NCBI RefSeq assembly: GCF_001194135.2
Contig: NC_068984.1
Coordinates: 67,904,886-67,968,881, forward strand
Direction: 5' to 3'
Length of the DNA stretch: 63,996 nt
DNA from: Octopus bimaculoides
Taxonomy: Eukaryota
Shown here: positions 1 through 12,900 of the stretch, piece by piece
How the letters are laid out: each line of letters starts with the position of its first letter
Numbering within the stretch: the first letter of the stretch is position 1
The notes under the pieces: model-generated
Seen by the model: only the letters and a program-made list of their open reading frames with translations
Told to the model about the DNA's origin: nothing
Databases searched by the model: none
Made by a program: the position numbers and the translations under genes

Positions 1-39
<39 letters not shown>

Positions 40-979
40 GCAGTATGGGCATGCACACGAACATGAATATATATATAAAATATAAACAATGAAAAGTTCA
101 GTGTATCCTCCCAATGTTTCATTATCTGTCTCATCACTCTGCTTCGTTTACCGTCTTTCCAGTCAATGGGACATATTTAACTTTCCGATAACAGGATATA
201 TTTTTAATCTACACAGAGCCTTGATTGGCTTTTTATTTATTTACATTTTGTCTTGAACTACAGGAACAATGTAATGTAAGATGTCCATGTCCCAGCACTG
301 CAAAAATCACTTTATGTCGAAACAGGCGTTCGTTTTGTATTATTCATAATCTTACTATATCGTCTTCAGTAATTTATTTGTGCCTAGTAATTTAAACAAT
401 AAAGAATTTCACTCGCTATTCTCATCTGCGTAAGTGAATAAGGAACCCAAAATTTTTCAGAACAAAAAAAATTTCAACTACAATCTGACGAAGGTACGTC
501 ATTCACATCTTCTAGACAGCGGTCAGAATACAGAGTGACTGAAATAGAAAGGAAAAAAGACAAAGACAAAAGAAGATTTATATTTTCCGCAAGTAATCTT
601 ATCCAATATTTCAATTTCTGATCAGCTACTCCATAATTTGGGCAGAAATAAAGAAAAACGAAATAATTATCCATCATTTCTATTTTAAGTTACACATAGC
701 TCTGACTTTCTGAACTGAAAACAACACAAAGATGTTGTTTTGCCTTAATTTAATTTTCTTTTTTGCTGAACTGCACAAATATAATATGATGCAACTCTCT
801 GCACTGAAACGACATTCTATACTGAAACAGGCGTCCGGCTTCAGATGCGGCATTGTTATTATTAAATACGTATAGAGAGAATATCAGTTTTACTTCTTTA
901 CAGGTTCGTAGTAATTTGAAGAATGAAACAAAAAACAATTTTCATTCTATTTATGTCTGCTTTACAAAGTAAATGAGTG

Positions 980-1013
<34 letters not shown>

Positions 1014-1478
1014 NNNNNNNNNNNNNNNNNNNNNNNNNNNNNNNNNNNNNNNNNNNNNNNNNNNNNNNNNNNNNNNNNNNNNNNNNNNNNATATTGGTTC
1101 GTTCATTCATTTTGTGTAGAAAGAAGTGGAAGAAAAATGTCTAAATGGATATGGTGTGTGTTCGTGCCTGTGTATAAATTAATTATTTCATCTCCTCAAC
1201 AACCACAGTTTCAATCTATCCTTTTGAATAACGAAGTCATCATAAAGAGCGGTGTGAAAGGAAATATAATAATGCTGTAAAGTTCAGAGTGAAACCTAAA
1301 TATATAAGTAATCTCTAAAGTATAAACTCCTACATGAGAGAGAAGAGAAATGTACATCTGAATATACATACGTGTATAGTTTCTCTTAACACAGAAACGA
1401 CATGGTAAAAGCACTGCAGTTAGGCTTTGCGGAAGAATTATCAAAAGAGAATGAAGATATGTGATAGAAATAAATGGA

Positions 1479-1514
<36 letters not shown>

Positions 1515-2299
1515 GTGGGAAAACTGAGAGAGGTGTAGATATACTAGGTGTGGGGAAAATGAAAGGAAAAAAAACCATCAATATATAATATTGTGTCGAA
1601 CCTAAATCAAATGCTATAGAAATTTCCATCATGATATGAAGCATTAAAAATGCATTTATGGAATGTATATAAAAACAGATATACAAGACATGAACAGAGC
1701 ATTGCTATTATTTATTGAATTGATAGAAACATTACAGTGGTGATCTGAATATCATACAGTATTTAGTTTCAACCCTTCATGTAAGGAATTCAAACCTTGT
1801 CATAATCGACTCTGCCGTTTTTTTTTTCTTCCCCTTTCCAGCTCGATATATGCTAGTAATATATTAAAAACATTTTTTTTTTTTTACATATTATATCTCT
1901 TCCATTCAGAAATTGATCCTCTTCATAATATAAAATACATTATTTATTAGTTTTACTTTTATTACGCTACTGAACTCTGTGTCTTTTGAATTCGATTGTG
2001 TCACGTTTTTGGAAATACTGTTTGTTCATTTCCTTTTAGGGCTTCACTGCACGGCTATTTTTCTGCGATAAAAACAATTCTAGGTAATAGAGTTAAAATG
2101 GAAATATTTTCCGTCGGAATGTGACATGCACTGTTTGAAAAACGTCTACTGTTTCTATGAACAAATCAACCTTCAAACATATTGGCCCGAAACTTAAAGC
2201 ACGATGTAATTTAATATAACCGATACACCCAATATATTTGTAATCTTTAGAAAGTATATAACTATTTCTATACTTTCTATATACAGTTACAAGTAATAA

Positions 2300-2960
2300 A
2301 TTATTCTATCACTTTCATGGACTACAATCGCTACAACATAGCTTCTGATCTTACATTAGAAGATTCAAAATATGGTTACTACGAGAACCCAAATGAAGTT
2401 AAGTAAACTTTGTCAGAACCAAAATAGAATTGTTATTTAAACATTTGAGTCAACTTCCCAGAAATCGATTCCAACTGAATCAATTGATTTGGAATAACTC
2501 TCTAGGCAATAAATCAACTCCCGGAAATGAGATCAGCAAAGCAAATTAAATATAAATACAATGAACCATTTGAAATTATATTGTTTTTTTGCCGATATAG
2601 GAATATTCAATTAACACACTTACAAAAGACATGGGATAAAAGATATGGGACACATAAACTAGAAATTTCTAGTTTGCATATAATTAGAATTCTCAGGAGT
2701 CCATTCTAAAAAAGAATGGCTGGATAAAAGAAAAATCGTTTAAAAGAGGATATAAATAAACATAAGATGGTAAATAATAACGCTACAGCAATCGAAATAG
2801 CCAAATAGATCTGTACATGAAGAAAGAATACTATTGTAGTTTCCATATTATGCAATGAAGTTCTGAATGTTAAAAAATATACAAGAAAAATAAATACAGT
2901 TTATTAATCCGAGCTTCATACTTGGTATCTAAAACGCAGATATTGAAGTAGAAATTTCCA
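2300..2960 (+). mobile_element. Highly decayed Penelope-like element fragment (RT thumb to GIY-YIG region)
   Basis: Stop-ridden translation gives DLTLEDSKYGYYENPNE, AINQLPEM and SELHTWYLKRR, resembling PLE motifs D.T.....Y..Y.KPN, I.KQLP.M and TELS..IW.LK. Weak, by eye. Confidence 0.35.
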
Positions 2961-4544
2961 TTTCATAAAACCGTCTCAGGGTATGGATTATTTGAGCTGA
3001 ACAAATTCTAAATACCGACTTAGAATTCTGTCTAGATCATTTCACTTAGATCGCTAAAACCAGCAAGATAGGCATAACGCCACACTATCTGATGTCCTTT
3101 CTTCTCTTTTATTGTAACTTAATACAGGTCTCTGGAATCTATTTCCTTTTTTAACTCACGATTTGCTGCCATTTCTTTTGACTCAGGTTCGTAATGATCA
3201 TCACGACTTCCCATTTATTTGATTTATTGGTACATGTAATAGTCTCAGCTCTCACAACTATATAATAAACTAATGCTAAACAACATTAATGACGTTACTT
3301 CTAATTAAAGTATAGTTTATCACTTTCTGGTAAAGATGTACTTTAGAATTTCTAGTTCTGTTAAATGAGTCACTAAAATTTAATAGAAGAAAGTGAAATT
3401 GAATAAAAATTAATTTCAAGTTAAACTGGACCATAGAATCAAATGAAAATGGATTTCTTCTGTGTTGAAATATTAGTTTATTTCGAAAATAAGAAATTAG
3501 GTCTTCACAACTTTTGCAAGAGAGTTAGTAAAATAAATCAACTGAAAATTTCATTCGAGATTCGAAACCACAAATCTGTTTTTAGTCTTTGCTGAGAATG
3601 TAAATGCAGCAGTATGACACTTCTGATTAATAATCGTTGGAATATTTAGCAATATTTTTACTTACGTAACATTGTAACTGTTTAAGTGTTTCTCTTTACT
3701 TACTTATTTTGAAACGACTCATTTAACCTAGATAATGTACTAAATTATCTTTGAAGTCCGAGTAACTTATAAATAGTAAATACGATCATGTTGCTTCTTA
3801 ACTTCACTACACAACATTGTAAAGCGTCGAGTGAACATAACTAGTGCATGACATGCATATGTTTACTTTTTATTATCATCTATTGATTTTGAAGTTAACT
3901 GTTCTGCTCTCAAATATTACATTATCCTCAACTTTCGATTTGTAATTTGAGAGCGCTTTCATCTACTCACTTTTCAGCGGTTGTTAGTTTTTATGTAGGA
4001 TTTTCTTTTTTATATACTTTCTTCTTCAATCAATTCACTTGAAATTTTGTTTTCAAGTTCTCTTTCGTGCAATATTGTATAACGTTTGTTACGTTCGATG
4101 TGGTCAGTTTCTCTATTTAGTATAAATGAAAACTTCTGATTAATACAATGCCCCTTGATTTTGAAAACTTGCGCTTTAAGTTTGATGGTGCACTACAGTG
4201 AATTGCAGTTCTACAATAGTCAGTTATATGTATTATTCTGAACCGTAAGTACATATGCAATAATAGCTGGTCTATCAACAGCACCTGCAGCAGTAGTGGT
4301 TGCAAGTGTCTGTTATATTTAAAAGAAATAAGGTTTTTCTATTTATTTTAACAATAGTGTCATGTTAAATACTACATTACTTTTTAAAAGCAGGATGAAA
4401 GCTATTTTTTTCTTTTTCTATTCTTCTTTTCTGCAGTATCGACCTAATCTGCAATCGAGCTAGAGCTACTGGAGTCTGCTGGCTTGTAGAGTGAGTTTGT
4501 TTTTGCCTCTCACATGATAGAAAATTTCTTCTGTTGGTAGAAGC

Positions 4545-4745
4545 AAGGAATCAGTGTAGTAATATTCAGACCGAAGTCAGATCTTTGGTGAGACATAGTC
4601 GTTTAGTTGAAAAGGTCACTTCGTAACTTTGTACTTCCGAATTCGATCCCAATATACATTTTAAGACACGAATTTCTAGTATTACATCGTGTCAACCAGA
4701 AGCTTGTGAGTGAAATTTTTCTAGACGGAAACGTGTTCTAAGGTC
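4545..4745 (+). mobile_element. Degenerate SINE family A (5' half)
   Basis: Contains agcttgtgagtgaaatttttctagacggaaac, matching the family A core gccttgtgagtggatttggtagacggaaac seen at 30258, followed by (GA)n/(GT)n. Confidence 0.5.
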
Positions 4746-5065
4746 TGTAGCTGTGTTGTGTTTGTTTTGCACGCGAGAGAGAGAGAGAGAGAGAGGGGGG
4801 AGAGAGATAGAGAGAGCGTGTGTGTGTGTGTGTGTGTGTGTAGCTACGGTCCGCAGTTGAATCGCAATCAAGAATAACTTGATCTTAGAATGTATCAAAG
4901 TTTTGCCAGTGGTTTGGTGGTAGGGGTGCTATTTAGTGGCGAACAGATGCAGACATCCATCCTCTTGGCTCTACAAATAGCGGAACAACTACAGTGTAAG
5001 AGTTAGAAATAAAAAAAAACACACGGATGTAACAACACTAGGATAATACCATATTTATTCTTCTT

Positions 5066-5290
5066 AAGGCGGCGAGCTGGCAGAAACGTTAGCACGCCTG
5101 CGAAATGATTAGCGGTATTTCGCCTATCTTTACGTTCTGAGTTCAAATTCCGCCGAGGTCGACTTGGCCTTTCATCCTTTCAGGGTCGATAAATTAAGTA
5201 CCGTTTGCGTACTGGGGTTGATCTAATAGACTGCACCCCTCCGCCAAAATTTCAGGGGTTGTGCCTAGAGTAGAAAAGTATAATTATTCC
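5066..5290 (+). mobile_element. tRNA-derived SINE family B (octopus-type)
   Basis: aaggcggcgagctggcagaaacgttagc head, B-box-like gagttcaaattcc, body ending gtgcctagagtagaaaag; homologous to 30660-30873; imperfect tattc(c)ttct flanking repeat. Confidence 0.85.
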
Positions 5291-5461
5291 TTCTGAATAA
5301 AAAGCAACGTTGACAGTGACATTTGAAATCAAATCTCAAACTTCAGAACAAATATGGTAAAGTATTCTAACCAACAATCTTATAATTCTGTCAATCAGCT
5401 TAATACTCACACACACACACACGGACGGACGGGCGGACAGACATGCGTATGTATGTATGTA

Positions 5462-5860
5462 TTCTCTTTTTTTTTTCTCTTAATTTTAGCTTATTTTTGG
5501 TCGGCAACCTTCCAGGTGGGAAGGTTGTAAAGCAAAGGAAAGTGTCGTCATCTCTCGTGTAATATAAGTATTCATCCTTTAATCGTAAGAACGGTTTACA
5601 CATTTTGAAGGTTCCAGAAGTCGCGGCCATTTGTAGTTTATGAATTAAGCATCTACGTTCTTTCTCCACAAATCAAAGTTCAGTTGTACTTTGGTCTAGT
5701 ATATTACCTGTGGCTCCAAGTATAACGGGTTTGAAGCTGAACGTATGTCCTGAATACTGGATCTCAAAATTCTCCCGAGTGGTCCGTAGCTGTCAACCTT
5801 CTCTATCATGTGAACAAAGTATGTGCTTCGAACAAAAAATACCACAGTGGATCGAATTCC
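5462..5860 (-). mobile_element. 3' fragment of an R4/Dong-like RLE non-LTR retrotransposon with A-rich tail
   Basis: Minus strand reads IEKVDSYGPL then (frameshift) NFEIQYSGHTFSFKPVILGATGNI...L*FVEKERRCLIHKLQMAATSGTFKMCKPFL, matching the C-terminus of the element at 52.4-52.8 kb; ends in aagagaaaaaaaaaaag. Confidence 0.75.
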
Positions 5861-6054
5861 AAGTGAGTTATGTACCCGAATCAGAAAATAAAAACTACAC
5901 GAAGGATTGAGTTCGACATCATCTACAAATAAACTTGGGGGCAGTGCTCCAGCTTAGCTACAATCTAAACCCTGAGAATGCGTTATTTGGCCATATTTAC
6001 TTGTCTCATTTACTGGCCTGGGGCTATGATGTGACACCACCTGAAAGTGTCTAG

Positions 6055-6400
6055 TGGATCAAATCTACCCCAGTATTTGTTTTATACCTGATACTTATTC
6101 TATCTGTGTCTTTTGCCGAACTGGTAAAGAACCCAACACCGATTGTCAATCTATGATAGGAGATAATCACGAAGACAGACACACAGATATACACAGACAT
6201 ACGCACTCAGATAATATATATATATATATATATATATAGGGACGGGGTTCTTTCAGCCGCTGTCTACCAAATTCATTCACGAGGCTTTGATCAGCCCGGT
6301 ACTGTAGTAGAAGACACTTGCCCTTAGGTGCCGCGCAATGGGACTGAACTCAGAAACATATGGCTGGGAAGCAAACTTCTTGCTACATTTCCACTGCCGA
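6055..6400 (-). mobile_element. SINE family A, diverged
   Basis: gtagaagacacttgccc...gggactgaactcagaaacatatggctgggaagcaaac is the reverse complement of the family A head. Confidence 0.75.
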
Positions 6401-7106
6401 ATCATTATGATGTTAATTTTATTCTGGCAAAAGATAGCAATTCAGAAAGTAAACATAGCTGACCATAAGGTGAACATTTTTTTTAAATAATAAACTTAAG
6501 CAAAAATAAATGACACGTTTTATTTTGACCTTTGTAAGTACAAATGTGACTGGAATTGGAATCTGAAAGGTAACTATTAGTAACCGTAGATTTTTCTTTT
6601 TCTTTACTCTTTTTCTTCTATCACCTTACAAGGTTGAATTTTGTATGAGATAGGTATTATTGGTATTATTTTTATTATTTATTGTATTTAAGTCCATGGG
6701 ATAAACAGTAAACTTAACCACATTAATTAAGCAAATTACTTCATAATGGGGTGGGTAATTGTGGTGAGAGGTCAAAAACAAAAGAATTAACAATATTAGT
6801 GTTAGCATTCATCGATTGCTACTACTTCAAAAGCCTCACTAATAAGCATGGAAGCGACTAATAAACACTTTGAATTCTGAGACATGTTTATAAAGATTCT
6901 TAAGCGCAAAATATCTACACACACCTGGACCACTTGTGGCGAGAAACAGAGCAAAATTATTAGCTGTTTTCTAATAAACTCTACAACATCTAAGAAGAGC
7001 ATTTTCGTGAGTAACCAAATACGTATATGTGTGTCTCTTTCTTTCTTTCTCTCTGTATATGTATTTATGGCAGCAGTCTGATGAATGAACATGTGAAAGT
7101 TAAAAG

Positions 7107-7330
7107 ATGTCTATCTATCTATCTATTGTATATCTATCTATCTATCTATCTATTGTCTATCTATCTATCTATCTATCTATCTATTGTCTATCTATCTATT
7201 TATCTACCTGTACATATATATATTTATTTATTTATACGTGTATATTATATATATACATATGTAATATATGTACATATATCATATATATACATATATGATA
7301 TACATAAATATCATATACATGCATATATAA
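7107..7330. repeat. (TATC)n and (TA)n-rich compound microsatellite
   Basis: Directly visible tandem repeats. Confidence 0.9.
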
Positions 7331-9634
7331 TGAAGTAAGATGCAAGAGCCAATTTCAATATAAAATATTACAACTTATCAATGTAATAAATTACATTTGT
7401 AACTTAGGGATTATCTACACGGTTGCATTTATACCACCACCTAACTGCAAAATATTAAGAGTACATATTTAAAATTTTATGATGCTTTTCCCGATTAAAA
7501 ATATTATTTATGAAGAAATATTCAGTTTAGAAATAAAATGAAAATGTAGAAAACAAATGAATTTAGCACTATAATGAAATTACAGAAGAGTTTCTTGAAC
7601 CACGTTACCGTTTCTTTGTAGGAAAATGATGTACATTTTCTAAACAGATTAAATAAAGACAGAAGTTCCTCAGAATATAAATTACTAGAATACAAAGTAG
7701 CTCGGAATTTGGTGATATCCCAAAACTTGAGTGTATGGCACGTTTTATGTACTTCATAAATGATCATTAAGAAATAATCGTCATCCCTGAAGAAAGCTAA
7801 AATTTGGACTAGAACATTCTGCTTTCAGCTGATATAATAATTTCCAAGGTTTTCTCTGGGAAAGCGCTAGATAACGATGTTTAATTGGAACAAAATTACA
7901 ATCTTATCAAATTGACGGCATGATATTTTCAATGCTGGCAAAGTAAGGGAGATAAAACCCTGTATTTTACTTTTCGTCTAACATCAGCCCCCACACTCTT
8001 CATTTTAAATTGGCAGTATATCTACTCGCACAGCTTTATCGTTAACAAAGATGTGCATTTCCTGGCTTTTCAGCGATTTCTATTCGCTAATAATAATAAA
8101 CTTTCGAAACATACAGATGGAAAGACTAAAAGTTAATGAATAGAACTAGATATTTAGCTAATTTACTATTTGAGAATAAATGTATATAATAATAATGCAA
8201 GTCTCATTAACCACAAAAAGTTGCTTGCGTTAGCAGTTTCTATTTATACTTAGTGAAAGAAAGTTGACCAGCCGTTGAGATTTTAAATTGCACTCGCTAA
8301 ATGCAGATACATTAACGCACGAATCTCTTAGAACATTTGAACAGTTTCCCTTAAATTAAGGTTAAAACGAATGACTCACCAATACATTGTAATTACTTGC
8401 AAACGAGACAGATCTTTTTGTCCAGAATATCTATTGCCAGGTTATTTCAATTCACATAACAGTGGTGAATATATACAAGGTGAAATTTCCTTCTAATAAT
8501 CAAACAGTCAGTCGAGAAGAATATATGCTTATTTTTTTCATCTACTTAATGCGAAAGAAACCCCAGCAAAGTACTAAACATTAGCTATTTCAATGAGCCA
8601 TGAAAAGATTAGATTCACAATTTAGCTACAAAACAACAAACTTTCAAGCCACAGTTCCTTCATTTAATAGATTATAGCAATGAAATCTTCGATTACTGAA
8701 CTAATTGATAAAAGAAAGAAAAAAGAAAACTGACAATGATATACGCTTTCCTTAAAATGCAGCGTTTATTCTCTCCTTTTCTTACAGAAAATAACAAATG
8801 CATGATCATAAAGTACAGTTGCAATATATAAGATAAGGAGTTTTTATATGTGGTTTTCCAAACGCATTATACGTTACTATTCCTAATTACAGTATCAATT
8901 CTGTAAGACCAGTTTCTTTCAGTACACTACTTAAATAATAGTATCTAATTCTTTTTTCTGCCGCTCTTTCCATTTACGTTGTAATCTAATCGCTTCGAAT
9001 TAAAAAAAAAATGTCATATTCCTTTGTAGTATTTTCGCCTCATTGTCCGTTGCTTAAGGTGAGTTGAAAGAAAATAATAAAACAAAATGATAAAGCAATA
9101 AAGCAAAGCCTTCCATGTTTTACCACCTAATCACATTGCCACTACTACCACTTCAGTATATACACCTTCCCCTCTTCCTCCTCTAAAGAGAAGAAATATG
9201 CTTTTCTTTTCTCTTCGGCGGTTTTATTGAGTTCTATTTTTTCTCCTAAATTTTCCTCGTTTTCTTACATGTTTCTTTTTTCTGATTATTTGTAATTATT
9301 TCTGTTAATTGTGCTTTAATTATGATAGTTCCTGGCAAACATGGTAATATTTTCTTCTAATATGGAAATATTTAATTAAATTTCAACTAATTCTTCGAAA
9401 GAAAAGCAGCTTTATTTCCGTTTATATCTTTAACAACAGTGTTCAAATTTGTATTTCAGATGCAATCGATTGTCAAAGAAATGGATAAATTAATTTCATC
9501 ATGCAACAATAGAAAGTACATTCCAATTTGTTCTGTCAGAAGGGATCAAGAGAAAATGTAACTTGTCTTTCTCTTTGAATCTTTTTTTCGGTCAAAAGAA
9601 AATCAATTGTATATGCTAGCTATTCAACTACTAT

Positions 9635-9642
9635 TAGTAGTG

Positions 9643-9705
<63 letters not shown>

Positions 9706-9734
9706 ACAGTAGTAGTAGTAGTAGTAGTAGTAGT
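9635..9734. repeat. (TAG)n microsatellite
   Basis: About 100 bp of near-perfect TAG repeat. Confidence 0.95.
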
Positions 9735-9793
9735 ATATCACATAAGTCAAGCGGACATCTATCAAACTATCTATTTTTCTGTATCTCTCCTTG

Positions 9794-10220
9794 GAAGCGC
9801 AGGCGTGACTGTGTGTTGAGAAGTCTGTTTTCCAACCACATGGTTCAGGCTTCAGTCCCAATGTATGGTACCTTGGGCGAATGTTTTCTACTATAGCCTC
9901 AGGATAACCAAAGCCTTTTGAGTAGATTTAATGACGGAAACTGAAAGAAGTCCACGGTGTGTGTGTGTGCGCGTGTGTGTGTGTGTGTGTGTGTCTGTCT
10001 GTCTGTCTTTGTGTCTCTGATCTCCACCACCGATTGACATCTGGTGTTGATATGTTTACGGTTCCCGTAACTTAGCGTTTAGGCAAAAGTGACTGATAGA
10101 ATGAGTACCAAACTTAAAAATAAATAGGTACTTGGATCGATTCGCTCGACTATAGCTCTTCAAGACCGTGCCTCAGCATGGTCGCAGTCTAATGACTGAA
10201 ACAGGTAAAAGATAAAAGAT
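9794..10220 (+). mobile_element. SINE family A, full length, diverged
   Basis: gcgcaggcgtgactgtgtg head, internal (GT)n, 3' end cagtctaatgactgaaacaggtaaaagataaaagata; collinear with 30258-30647. Confidence 0.85.
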
Positions 10221-10252
10221 ATACATATATTAGAGGCGTATAAATCTTGGAA

Positions 10253-10362
<110 letters not shown>

Positions 10363-11799
10363 CCAAGCTTTTCTCCTATATTTTCTTTGTTTGCGACTGT
10401 GTTCTACTTGCGAACATCTGCGCTCTCACTGAATTTAGATGACAGTTCATTTAATCAAATATCTCTCTCCTACAGACAATCTACAGTTTCTGAATCACGA
10501 GTAATGTTAGCCTGTTTTATTGTTTTGCTTTCAATCTTTAAACATTGGCACAGAAATCACATTAAACTTACTTTATTTCATTCATGTCATCCTACGTATT
10601 TCCATTTCTTTGCTATAGATGAGATGCGGATGTTTAAACAACATTGCCAAACGCACAAAACTTCTTGCAAATAAATAGGTCAACCGGCAGATGCCAGTGA
10701 AATTAGTGCTGGTCAGTGTAATGCTGTTATTTTACCTTATGTTCCCAGAAAATAACATAAAGATAGTAAAGATAATATTTAGCGTTATCCATAAACAGCT
10801 GGAGTCGTAAACTGAATTTTAGTAGTTTCTTGCGGTGAAATGTACAGAAAACTTCCAGAAAAACAATATTTCTTCACCATCAACCTATTGGTAATAAATG
10901 AATACAAAACATCAGAAACTCTGTAAACATATTTTGTTTTCCTTTATTTGTGCTTTGCTTTTATTTTTAAAATGGCATAAAATTAGATATTTTATCTTGT
11001 TTTACGAGTAGCATATATATCTCGTATTTACTTGAAATAACATAAAACTGTAACAATAAACAAAAGATCTGCAGAGATCTCATAGACTCAATACATTAAA
11101 AGACAATAATTTTAAATATTCATTTAAATTCAGGTCCCGGAAGTACGAAATAAATGAACTCCATTGAATTTTGTTCTTTAAACAGATTAAATATTATTTC
11201 TCTATATATATGTGATTCATAAAAGTTTATATTTTACGATGCATATCGTCTATTTAAACTGGTATACATGTGTAGTCATTTGAGTTTAAAATGCAATGAA
11301 AACAAAATGCTATTTTAGTGTAATATAATCAAGAATGAACTGTTTAATTTTAAAATAGGCGAAATAGCTTTAACCTAATCCACCAATTCATATTTTCTTC
11401 ATATTTTACGTTCTTCGAAAATAGGGATTTTGCGATTGTCATAAATAGAATTAGTTTAACTCTTTGTCTGTAATGTGTGTCACATGTGATAAGCAAGAGA
11501 TATTTCCTTGGCGTTCCTGTATCATATATAGTACACATTCGCAATCGTTTCAACCACCAGAGTAGCTTGGAACTTATGGAAGGAAAGTTTTATATTACCC
11601 CGAGCGTATAAATGAAGGTCTAACTAAAAGTCTGAAAACCAACCCTGATGTTTTGGACAAACTTATGAAAATACTTTGGACAAGCAAAGGGTTACATGTT
11701 TTCAGAAACGAAATGAAGTTTGGGATATTTTCGAATCGACACAGCAGAACCAATGTTTTGGAAAATCTCACAACAAACATAGTTTTTCAACATCGTTGA

Positions 11800-12900
11800 A
11801 GAGATGTTAATTCCTCGTTTTCACATTTTTCTTTCCAAAGTTTGCTATTATTTTCTCGGCCTTCGGATGTTTTTCAAATTTCTGTTTGCATTTGTGCATC
11901 ACTCGTTTTAAATTTTTCTTCGTTTGAATTTGCTCTTAGCCGTAATACCTGGGTTTCCAGTTTTTTCTCAAAGTTTTTGTTGTTGTTCGGGTTCATTAGC
12001 GATAGGTTTTATTTGTAGCTTCTTTGAGAGGATGACCGGTGTTCATTTGAGCCATTTTTCATACATTTCCGTTTTGCTATTATTTTTAATGAAGTTCCAG
12101 AAGGCAAATTTACGGGCTGTGAAGTTTTGGTTCCATATATGTTTAATAGTGTTTTCGACTGCACAGGTTTATCGTTGCAGATTGATGTCATCTTCTTGTT
12201 CAGTGTTTGGATTTTGTTCCGGCTTCTGAAGCATCACTGTTTCTATAGTTTTACATAACGGGTTAGGGGTTTGAACAATTGCCGTTTCTTCCGGTTTTCT
12301 TCCTTCAAGTGTTTCCTTATGAAGGTCTGTAGCTCGTCGGTTTTGCTAGATAGGACAGTGAGCTTGGAGATCTTTTTCAGTTCTTTTAGTATCTCTAGGT
12401 TCAACGTGTTTTCGCATTGGTCGAGGTTTTGTGGTATTTTCGTCCTTTGTGTGGTGAGAATACATAGAAAACAAAGTTATTTTATTCCACACTGGTAGAA
12501 ATATAGGAAAAAATGTAAGTTGAAAATGCACTGAACCTGTTGCCCTTCTAAAAAGGCGAACGCACGAACGTAGCGGGAAACGTATAAAACGTTATAAATT
12601 TAATCATGTGTTCATTGTCTACAAATACTTGATAGAAAACATTCAGAGCATTGATTGTTTGACTTCTTCAGTCAACTGTATCAGCCTTAACTTACAACAC
12701 CAAATATCATCACTTGATACTAACACACAGACGTAGCGGGGAACCTACAAAAATTTCTAAGACCAGTCATGTGACTATACTCTACCAATCAAATCCTATT
12801 GAAAACATATACTAATTTGAGCTATGAACTCCCTATAAAAACAGGGCAAACTTCCAACACTATTCAGAAGCAAGACAGCTGCAACACAAGTCACGTCTTT
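11800..12900 (-). mobile_element. Decayed Penelope-like element: N-terminal ORF region plus pLTR-like 5' segment
   Basis: Minus-strand frames with few stops: LDQCENTLNLEILKELKKISKLTVLSSKTDELQTFIRKHLK, IWNQNFTARKFAFWNFIKNNSKTEMYEKWLK, LRLRANSNEEKFK..LWKEKCENEE. Upstream on the same strand is CTGAAGAAGTC, a hammerhead-core remnant typical of PLE pLTRs. Family assignment is inference. Confidence 0.55.

Noticed and set aside
370-429. 60-nt exon candidate NLFVPSNLNNKEFHSLFSS
   Set aside because: Its acceptor overlaps the inverted repeat remnant at 355-371 and there is no homology support.
2656-2675. Perfect 20-bp palindrome aaactagaaatttctagttt
   Set aside because: Roughly expected by chance once in 64 kb of AT-rich DNA; no supporting context.
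5400-5669. PH-domain-like reading KPFLRLKDEYLYY, and a plus-strand exon 5490-5862
   Set aside because: The same frame continues upstream into the RLE-LINE C-terminus; the apparent acceptor is the LINE A-rich tail read backwards.
7027-7338. ORFs made of YI, CV, HT, LS, ER or poly-V/Y repeats throughout the track
   Set aside because: Translations of microsatellites.
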